From an uncultured Clostridia bacterium (lineage in GTDB: Bacteria; Bacillota; Clostridia; TANB77; CAG-508): a stretch of DNA of 64,000 nt. Below are positions 49,478-59,400 of the stretch, in pieces. Below the pieces are notes generated by a model. The model did no database searches and had not been told where the DNA came from. It was given only the letters and a program-made list of their open reading frames with translations. Numbering within the stretch: position 1 is the stretch's first letter; each line of letters starts with the position of its first letter. The DNA is taken from NCBI GenBank assembly GCA_948485625.1, contig CAOMRW010000002.1:4452-68451 (forward strand). The letters are read 5' to 3'. Position numbers and translations under genes: made by a program.

Positions 49478-50077
49478 TCAAATTTCTCTTCTACCCTCTA
49501 AAGCCTTAGTTAAAGTAATCTCATCAGTATATTCTAAATCTCCTCCAACAGGAATTCCATGGGCAATTCTAGTAGCTTTAATTCCTAAAGGTTTAATTAA
49601 CTTAGATAAATACATAGCTGTTGCTTCTCCTTCAACTCTAGGATTTGTAGCTAGTATAACCTCTTTAACTTGTCCATCCATAAGTCTTGAAAGTAATTCT
49701 TTTATTTTTATATCATCTGGTCCTATTCCATTCATTGGAGATATTGAACCATGTAATACATGGTATACTCCTTTAAATTCATGTGTTTTTTCCATAGCTA
49801 CTATATCTCTTACATCTTCTACAACACATATTGATGTTTGGTCCCTTTTAGGACTTGAACATATTGGACATGGGTCTGTATCTGATATATTATAACATTT
49901 ACTACAATATCTTAGATTTTGCTTTGCATCTATTATCGATTTTACAAATTCATTTGTTTCTTCTTGAGTACAATTTAAAATATAAAAAGCAAGCCTAGCA
50001 GCCGTCTTATGACCTATACTAGGCAACTTTTCAAAACTTTCTATTAATTTCTCTATTGATGGTGAATATAGTGACAT
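49478..50077 (-). CDS. recR: recombination protein RecR
   Basis: HhH, C4 zinc finger CxxC...CxxC and Toprim domain. Confidence 0.9.
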   Translation of the reverse strand: MSLYSPSIEKLIESFEKLPSIGHKTAARLAFYILNCTQEETNEFVKSIIDAKQNLRYCSKCYNISDTDPCPICSSPKRDQTSICVVEDVRDIVAMEKTHEFKGVYHVLHGSISPMNGIGPDDIKIKELLSRLMDGQVKEVILATNPRVEGEATAMYLSKLIKPLGIKATRIAHGIPVGGDLEYTDEITLTKALEGRREI

Positions 50078-50078
50078 T

Positions 50079-50423
50079 TTACATCAACCCCGGTATATTG
50101 AATTTTCCAAGTTCTTGGCTTTGTGCAGAGTCAACTTTTCTTAATGCTTCATTTACACATGTTAAAATTAAATCCTCTAACATTTCTACATCATCTGGGT
50201 CAACTACATCTGGTTTAATTTTTATTTCTTTTATAACTTTTTCTCCAGTAACTTTTACACTTATTGCTCCTCCACCAGCTGTACTATCAAATTCTTTTGT
50301 TGCTAATTCCTCTTGTGATTTTTGCATTTCTGCTTGCATTTTTTTTGCTTCTTTCATTAAGTTATTTATATTCATTCCGCCAAATCCTCCCATTCCTCCT
50401 GGAAATCCTCCTCTTTTTGCCAT
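50079..50423 (-). CDS. ybaB: nucleoid-associated protein YbaB/EbfC
   Basis: 114 aa, [13 protein letters not shown]...[13 protein letters not shown] signature. Sits between dnaX and recR. Confidence 0.9.
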   Translation of the reverse strand: MAKRGGFPGGMGGFGGMNINNLMKEAKKMQAEMQKSQEELATKEFDSTAGGGAISVKVTGEKVIKEIKIKPDVVDPDDVEMLEDLILTCVNEALRKVDSAQSQELGKFNIPGLM

Positions 50424-50485
50424 TTTTAACTCCTCCTTATATTATTATTTTCTTATTTTTTATACTTTTTATTTTATTTTAATAG

Positions 50486-52120
50486 TTACTCTATAACATT
50501 AAATGGTATATCAGAATCTAAAGCTAATTTTTGTATATCATCTTCTGGATTATGTTTTACAACTTGATTTTGTACATCTGATATATATTTTATTTGCATA
50601 TCTTTTCCACATGCCATTGAAACTAAATTAGATATTTCTTTTACATTTTCTTGTTTTTCCAAAACAGCTTTTCCAAAAGCAGTTATTCCTCTTTGAAATT
50701 TAATTTCTACTGTTTTATCATTTATTTGTTCAGCTTTTGTATTTATCAAATTTGTATATAATACTATTTTTCCATTTTGTTTTAAATCATTAACTATTTT
50801 AGGCCAACTCTTATTTAAATCACTTGAATAACTTTTTGCATTATTATTAGATGTTCTTACAGCTGGTGCACTCACTTGTATCGTTTTATTATCATTTTCA
50901 TTTGCAATAACTCTTGTAACTGAAGAATTATTTGCATTTTGCATAACTGGATTTGAAACTACTTGTTGCATAGATACTTTACCTGATTTTAAATAATTTT
51001 CTATTTTTTCAAGTCTTTCTTCAATATTATTTCCACTTCCAATTTCATTACTACATAATTTTATCATACCAGCTTCAAACATTATACTTTTTTGAGTAGA
51101 CCATTTCATATCATTTTCTATATTTGACAACTCGTAAATCAAGTTAACTAATTTCTCTTTTGTTACTTTATCAGATATCTTTTTTATATTAGAAATTTCT
51201 TCATCACTATATAAATCTACTTTACCTGAAGATTTATAAATTAATATATCTTTTACATATTTTATAATTTCCCATAAAAAATTATCTAAATCTTTTCCTT
51301 GATTTAATATTTCACTTATACTTTCAAGTGCCTTATCAATATCATATTCAATAATTGCTTCTGTGATACTATGAACAAAAGTTATTTTTGGAATTCCTAC
51401 TAAATCCCTGATTTTGTCTTCATCAATTTTATTTTCTCCATCTTGTATACATCTCTCTAATATTGACAATGCATCTCTCATTGCACCCTCTGATAAAACT
51501 GCTATAATATTTAAAGCACCATCTGTAGTTTCAATATCACTCTCTTTACAAACAATTTTTAATCTCTTTATAATATCATCATTTGATATCCTTTTAAAAT
51601 CAAATCTTTGACATCTAGAAAGTATTGTTGCAGGTAATTTTTGAGGCTCTGTTGTTGCTAAAATAAATTTAACATGCTCAGGTGGTTCTTCTAATGTTTT
51701 CAATAATGCATTAAATGCCCCTGTAGAAAGCATATGAACCTCATCTATAATATATACTCTATATTTTGCCTTTGTAGGCAAAAAATTAACTTCCTCTCGA
51801 ATACTTCTAATATCTTCAACACTATTATTAGAAGCAGCATCCATTTCTACAATATCTGTAAGAGAACCATTAATAGCTCCTTTACAAATCTCACATTCAT
51901 TACAAGGCTCTCCATCTTTTGGACTTAGACAATTTATTGCTCTTGCCAAAATCTTAGCAGAAGAAGTCTTTCCTGTTCCTCTTCCTCCATTAAATAAATA
52001 TGCATGTCCAACTCTATCAGCTATAATCTGATTCTTTAAAGTTCTTGTAATATGTTCTTGACCAACAAGTTCTGAAAAAGTTGTAGGTCTAAACTTTCTA
52101 TAAAGAGCTGTGTACCCCAT
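50486..52120 (-). CDS. dnaX: DNA polymerase III subunit gamma/tau
   Basis: AAA+ clamp-loader motifs GGRGTGKTS, zinc module C..C..C, SRC motif. Likely true start MGYTALYRKFRP at 52120 (track ORF extends to 52258). Confidence 0.9.
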   Translation of the reverse strand: MGYTALYRKFRPTTFSELVGQEHITRTLKNQIIADRVGHAYLFNGGRGTGKTSSAKILARAINCLSPKDGEPCNECEICKGAINGSLTDIVEMDAASNNSVEDIRSIREEVNFLPTKAKYRVYIIDEVHMLSTGAFNALLKTLEEPPEHVKFILATTEPQKLPATILSRCQRFDFKRISNDDIIKRLKIVCKESDIETTDGALNIIAVLSEGAMRDALSILERCIQDGENKIDEDKIRDLVGIPKITFVHSITEAIIEYDIDKALESISEILNQGKDLDNFLWEIIKYVKDILIYKSSGKVDLYSDEEISNIKKISDKVTKEKLVNLIYELSNIENDMKWSTQKSIMFEAGMIKLCSNEIGSGNNIEERLEKIENYLKSGKVSMQQVVSNPVMQNANNSSVTRVIANENDNKTIQVSAPAVRTSNNNAKSYSSDLNKSWPKIVNDLKQNGKIVLYTNLINTKAEQINDKTVEIKFQRGITAFGKAVLEKQENVKEISNLVSMACGKDMQIKYISDVQNQVVKHNPEDDIQKLALDSDIPFNVIE

Positions 52121-52169
52121 AATTTCACATCCTTTATATATTTTTCTACAATAAAAAGTTGATATATAA

Positions 52170-52440
52170 CTGAACAAAATTATATTTATATACCAACTTT
52201 TAAATATATCGTCCCTTATAGTATAAAATTCAATCCCTCTATGGAAAGTATTCCACATAAAGATAATCTACTTATTGCTGCTTCCTTCCGGACCTGACAA
52301 GATTCGTAGGTCTCTATTGGATTACTCTCCATACAAAGATTAAACTTTATACAACTGTAATTATATACTGTCTTTCTAAATTTATCAAGTATTTTTTATA
52401 AACTAATTAAATTATATTATATTCTTCTAAAATTATATCC
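52170..52440 (-). ncRNA. ffs: signal recognition particle RNA (long Bacillus/Clostridium-type scRNA)
   Basis: Minus strand carries the invariant domain-IV motif GTCAGGTCCGGAAGGAAGCAGC (plus strand 52278..52299 = gctgcttccttccggacctgac). Conserved synteny scr-dnaX-ybaB-recR as in B. subtilis. End coordinates approximate. Confidence 0.7.
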
Positions 52441-52445
52441 ACAAA

Positions 52446-53210
52446 CTATAATCTTTTAAAAATAATATCCTTTAAATCAGTATATTCTACACTTTGAGTT
52501 CCATTATTCACAATATCATTAACAGGAAACTCTAAATTAATACTAGACTTATATGCTTTATTTGAATTAAGATTAATACAAATATCAAATGAAACCCTAA
52601 ATTTCAAATCATCATTATTAATAGACAATTTCTTCAATAACTGACTATGATTAATCTCTTCATCATCATTTGAAACATAATTTCCTATATTATTAACTGC
52701 ATACCTAAAAGTAACTAAACCACCTTGATTAGATATTTTCATGTCTTTTATACTTGACTCCATACCACCTAAATATTCTATCTTATCTACTTCATTTTCA
52801 ACTATATTTTTAAAGATAACACTTTCTACATTACTATCAGGTTTTAACAGTTTTATTTCTCCTATTTTTGGACCTTGCACAATATTAAAATTGTCTAACT
52901 TTATACTCTCAATTATCTCTGAATTCTTATAATTATCATTTTTCTTAATATATAAATATATATCATTATTCTGATTAACAGATAAACTCCATCTATTTGA
53001 ATTATCTTCTATATCAGTACCCTCTATATTACTTATTACAGATATTTTTGATAAATAAAATGGTAAATTAGTTTCACCTTCTACATTATATTTCAAAACA
53101 ACAAGACCTACAAAAAACAATATAGTAATAACTATAAAAGCTACCATAAACATATTAAATTGTGCTGTATTTACTATTCTTTTTATTTTATCTCCCAACT
53201 TTTCCTCCAA
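52446..53210 (-). CDS. hypothetical N-terminally anchored extracellular protein
   Basis: One TM helix, then a 220-aa Asn/Ile-rich domain. ORF only. Confidence 0.45.
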   Translation of the reverse strand: MEEKLGDKIKRIVNTAQFNMFMVAFIVITILFFVGLVVLKYNVEGETNLPFYLSKISVISNIEGTDIEDNSNRWSLSVNQNNDIYLYIKKNDNYKNSEIIESIKLDNFNIVQGPKIGEIKLLKPDSNVESVIFKNIVENEVDKIEYLGGMESSIKDMKISNQGGLVTFRYAVNNIGNYVSNDDEEINHSQLLKKLSINNDDLKFRVSFDICINLNSNKAYKSSINLEFPVNDIVNNGTQSVEYTDLKDIIFKRL

Positions 53211-53297
53211 TTTTCTAATATCTCATTACTAGACAATTTTTATTATATGTAGTCACACAGAAATAAAAATTGCCTGATAATAAAATCTAATATATAT

Positions 53298-53373
<76 letters not shown>

Positions 53374-53460
53374 ATAACATAAATATAATATAACAAATTT
53401 TTATAATTTTGTAAATAAATATTACAAAAGAATGCAACATTTCTGTTACATTCTTTTATT

Positions 53461-56400
53461 TTAGTCTAATAATTTTTTCTTAATTAACACTATTCCACAT
53501 GATAAAATTACTAAACTTCCTAATCCAACTAAAACATAAATAATTATATTCTCTGCTCCTGTTGGAGGTACTATTACTAATTTTGCATCATGAGGTGTAT
53601 ATGGTTCATCTGGTGGCACATTTGGGTCTGGGTCTGTTCCTGGACTTGGCTTTGGAATCTCTGTGTCATTTATATATCTATTATATCTTCCATAATAACT
53701 ATTATCACACTCGTCATTACTACTGTTTTTATCTGTTGCATTTCTTACATTAAAGTTTCCTGGTGTCGCTAATTCCCATCCTTTATTTTCAACCATTTCT
53801 CCATAGAATCTACCTACTGAGTTTGATACTTCTAGTAATTCAATATAATTGTCAAATACTTGGTCATTATTATTTAAGTCTGTTAATAATTTTTTAGCTG
53901 ATAAATTCATTCTTGTGTACTCATTTGGTGCAAGTTCTTTTTTCTCAAGATTTTTTACAACTATATTATTTCTGTTTTTTATTGCATTATATACATCTGG
54001 TGAAATATCTATTCCTGTAAGTTTATTATCTGCTAACATTGCTACATCTCCTTGTAATTGCCATCTAGTTTCATTAGTATTTGATGGATTATAATATGTA
54101 AATTCACTACTATTATTAATATCATATGTTATTGATAATTTTTCATCTACATAGTCTACAATAGAGTGTAATGCTATTTTTACAGGCGTTAATCCATTTG
54201 TATCTCCATATCTATAATATTTTGTATCATCATAATCAAGCTCTGATCTATTGTCAATTCTTATATCATATGTCATATCTAATGTTGCACCTTCAATAAT
54301 TTCATTATCTACTTCTATTTTTACAGGTCCAAAATCTGGATAAGTTACATAATTTATGTCATCTTTTCTAGGATCTCCTTCTATTAACACTTGTTTATTT
54401 GCTAATACTACTGCTATTCTACTTATCTCTTTATTTACTTGTATACTTTGTCTTGGTCTTTCTGCTATACCAAAATTAATCTTATATACTCTTGAACCCT
54501 CACTATATTCATTAGGCGTTGTTTGTTGTCTATGGTCTTCTATAGCAAAATCCATGATTCCTGTATAAGCTAACATATTTTTATATTCATTACTTTCAGA
54601 ATTTTCATAATCAGTCTTTGTTGCATAATTTATAGTACTTAGATAATTATTAATGTTGTTTCTTATTTCTTTATCATCTACTGCTGAAGAATCTAATGAA
54701 TTCTCATTTCTTCTATACCAGTACCATATATCATCTGGATTTGATTCATTTTCATGGATTAATCCACTAGCTAATAAATTTTGACGTCCATTTGGTGTTT
54801 CTTTTTTATTGTTTTCAATTAATACTTTATATTTACTTTCATTAACAATTGTAGATTTATAATCTTGAGTTGTAATTGGTATATCTCCCATTTTTGTTTG
54901 TATATTAATCACTTTATTAGCATCATTTGTATCAGTATAATCATATTTTCCATATTGATATTGTATATAATATTCTCCTGGAACTAATCCTTGAATTTTA
55001 TATTCACCATTACTATCAGTCAAATATTGTGCATTTTTTATTACAACATTTCCTTCTTCATCTAAATTATACAATTGTGTAGTTGTATCATCATCATAGT
55101 TCTGTACTTTAACTTCAACATTTTCTATTTTCTTTTCGCCATCATCATAAACACTATTTCCTTTTCTTTCTTGATTTGTTTTAAGTTCAGCACTTGTACT
55201 ATCTTCAAATACTAGACCAGAAATTATTTTTGATTCTTTTCTTGTGAATTTTAAATCTGGTGCTACATCTGTATCATCTTCATATGTATCTGATGAATTA
55301 TAATCTACATTTCCTGGAGCTGAATCTTCATCAATTCCACCATATTTACTTCCATCTTTAGCATATGTTGTATATGAATTTATTTCAGTAAGATTTCTAT
55401 TTATATTCAATTCTTGTCCATCTTTCAAATTAGCTAAACTTACAATTGTATCTGTATTTACTTCATATTTTAAGTATATCATTATACTTTCAGCAGGATT
55501 TATATTCTCTAATTCATTAGTCTGCCATATATTAGTTCCATTAGAATTTCCTACATTAGTCCAATTTACATTTACTCTTGCTCCACTATTATTAGTATAA
55601 TATGACTCTTCAACCTTTTCAAATCTTGTATCAGCATAATTATTTAAACTTACTCTTGAATATAAACTTCCACTTTCATTTTTTACTGCTATTTTATATG
55701 TTACAAATACTCTTAATCTATTCTCATTACTTGGATCTTCTTTTGTATATGCTATATATGAATCATATATTCCTCTTGTATAACTACAATTTTTATAATT
55801 TCCACTAGCATTTTTTACTCCAACAGAGAATCCATCTAAAGCTGCATCATATCCTTTATTTATATCAACATCTGGCACTCCATTATTCATATATGGATTT
55901 CTTTGTTTATATTCATATGTATGTGTATATCCATTAATTGCTAGTTGTATATCATCTATATCTGTTGCAATCGCTAAATCTGGTTGTGCTCTTCTATAAA
56001 TACCTAAATTTATATTCCTAATTGTTTTTACACCTGTACTCCATCTTATTGCATACCCTGCTGTCCCTGTATCCGCTAACATTTTTGCTTTGCTTACATC
56101 TGTACTTCCTGTTAGTGATTCCGCTGTATACCCTGTATTTTGTACTAATTCTGAATTCCAATTTTCTCCACTAGTATAGTTCAATTCTACACCTGTTCCT
56201 GTTTTTCCTTCTGTTCTTGTAGATGTTTTTGTATTTCCTCCTGATATACTTGAATAATTATCATTTAACGTTGTTCTATCTACTGATTTTTCATCTGCCT
56301 TTGAACCATTATCTCTTGTTAAATTTTTAATTACACTTTGATATTTTAATCCATTATATTCAAACTCTACTGAATATTGAGATAATTCACTTATATTTAT

Positions 56401-59400
56401 TGTATACTGACTTCCTGTTCCATTTGCATTATATGTTCCTTTTGCTGGGAATACATATTCACCATTTGCATTTGTTCTTCTTTGAGCAATTATTGTTCCA
56501 TTTTTCTTCAAACTTACTAATATGTTTCCTATTCTTTTATCTATTCCATTATTATCATATAACTCATTTCTTGTTGCAGTCTTACTTGTTTGTATATCCT
56601 CCCATACATATCCCTCTAAATCAACTCGTAATTGTGCATTTGGGAATTGTGTATTTGTATTTGTTCCATCAGCATTATTTTGTAATGTAACTGAAAGTAT
56701 ATTTGAACTAACATCATAATACTGAGACATATCACTTGGTATTTCAATCTCTTTTATATGATATGTATAATATTGTGGTATATTATTTAATCTAAATTGA
56801 CCATTATTATCTGTTACAAATACTTTCGCATTATTTTCATCAGTTGGCGTAAATGTCGATGGTGCACTTCCATTCTCTCTGTAATCACTACCTATAAATC
56901 TTGGTGTTCCATCTGTTGGAGTCGTATAATAAATCTTAAACTTAACATTTCTAAATACAATATCTTCTAATTGATGTAATGTATTTCCTGTCATATTATC
57001 CTGTTTCTTACTTTGGTCTACTTTCTCTACAATTAAGTTTCCATATTTTTTATTTGTAAAAGTAATATTAGATGTTTTACCAGAAACTATATTTACTGTT
57101 GTACTTGCTACTTGTAAAGACATATTATATCCATTAGGTGCTCCTACTTCCTGAACATAATAATCACCTGGCAAAAGATTTGTAACTTTTATTGTTGAAG
57201 CCTCCATTGTAAAAGTTTGGTCATATCCATTAGGACCTGTAATTCTTATTTGTGCTCCTGTTAATCCTGCATTTGTATCAGCATCTTTCTTAGTTATTTC
57301 TATGTTTCCTCCTAACATAGTATTAATTCCTTTAGTATCTGTTGCAGCTCCATATACTTCTTCTGGGTTCATAGTAATAAGAGTCTGATATCCATTTTTA
57401 GGATTACCTGCTGTACATTTACATCTATAATAAAGATTCACTCTTGCATCAATATATAACAACACTTTCTCAGTATTTAACTGTAAGTCGAAATATAATT
57501 GTCCTATAGAACTTTCAGACACATAAATATATATATTATCTCCATTATTTATATTTCTGACTGTATTTCCATTTATATCACATATATTGGCATTAACTTC
57601 TTTCCCATCTACCTTACAACTAACTATTTCTCCAGTTACATTTGAAGTAGTAGTTGTATAATTAACTTTATATGGCCCTACAATACTATATGTAGATGTA
57701 TTTTTTACCATTTTAGCATTACTATTATCTATAGCATCTAATGTTATACCTGCAGAACCTGTTGAACTAACATTGCTAAATAAATTATGATAGTATTCTC
57801 TCATTGTACCATTATAATTAAATGGTATACTACAAGGACCTCTTTCTACCCAAGCCATTACTTCTTGTTCACTAGTTCCTACTGAATATTCTTGTTTCCA
57901 ATAGTATAAATCACATCCATTTTTACTTAAATGCTCTCCTGGATCTAAACACCAATATGGTTGACCTTGATTAACAGTAGACCATGTGCCACTTTGATAA
58001 TGTTCTCCTAATGAAAACCATTTTATTATAAAATGTCCATTTTCTTCTACAGTATCTCCATTATTAGGACAATCTGTTCCATCTAAATGTTGATAATGAC
58101 GTTGAAAAGCAATAACTGATACTGATTTTATAAAAATTGTTGAAATTGCCAAAATTATAATACATATCATAAAAATATATCTTTTCTTTTTATTTTTTAT
58201 TATAACTGCAATAATTAGCATTGCAACTAATCCTATTATTCCATATATAAGATATGTAACAATTCCTGTCTTTACAGAAATAATCACTTCTGCCTTTGAA
58301 TAATCATCTTCTGTTTGACTTCTATTTCCTGCTACTGAATCAATATCTTTTAAATTTTTTGTATTAACTAATTCACTTATTTCTGCCTCATTCACTATTC
58401 TACCAATATTATTTTGTGACAATCTCTTTGATAATACTAATGTTAATTCCTTACTTTCCCCTGGCTGTACCTTTACATTAGATAAAGTCGTATTTTTTAA
58501 ATCTCCACTTGAATTTCTAATCCATCCTTTATTTAGTTCATTACTAAATGTCAATTCACTTGGTAAATAATCTACAATTTCCTTTATATATCCTTCTACT
58601 TCTCCTTCATTTGTAATTATAATCTTATATTCTATTAACACATCACTACTATCTAATTGTTTTGCAGGTATCTCTACTTTTGCCAATTTTGAATTATTAT
58701 ACTCTGTTACTTTTGTTCCACTATTATTATTTACTGTTATTTTACTTACATATTTATCTAATCTAAAATCAAATGTTGGATTCAATATAAGTCCTAAATC
58801 TATATTATTTAAATCTTTATTATCCACTTTAAGTATATCTGTTATTCCAACTTCTTTTTCGATTCCATCTATTGAAACTATTTTATTTATTGCATCTGAA
58901 TTTAATGAATCAGTTACACCATTTCTTTGATATTTGGTTATACTATATCTATTTGTATCATATTCAAATAATACAAGATAATTACCTTGTTCTATATCTT
59001 CAAATTTATACTTTCCATCATTGCCAGTTAGAGTTTTTACAATATTATTATTTTTATCTACTACAATAGAATTTGTATCTGAATCAAATAATTTTACTGT
59101 AACACCTCCTAATAATTCTTCTTTCTCATCCCTCTTTCCATCTCTATTTTGGTCTATCCAAACAATCCCACTTATATTATAGGCTTTATTTTCTTCTGAG
59201 CCATTTGGATTATCTGGTTCTTCAGGATTTACAGGTTTATCTGGATTATCTGGTTCTTCTGGATCTTCATAGTCCACTGGTAAAATAGTGTTCTTTATGC
59301 TATTTGATATCTTTGTTTCTATATTATCTCCATATACTATTGCTGTATTCTCTGCTTCCATAATCTCATCAACTGGTTCAACATATGCAAAAATCTTTAT

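Noticed and set aside
50056-50496. Plus-strand ORFs 50056..50496 and 50264..50482 overlapping ybaB
   Set aside because: Antisense to the highly conserved ybaB gene. The Pro/Phe-rich translations are artefacts of the reverse frame.
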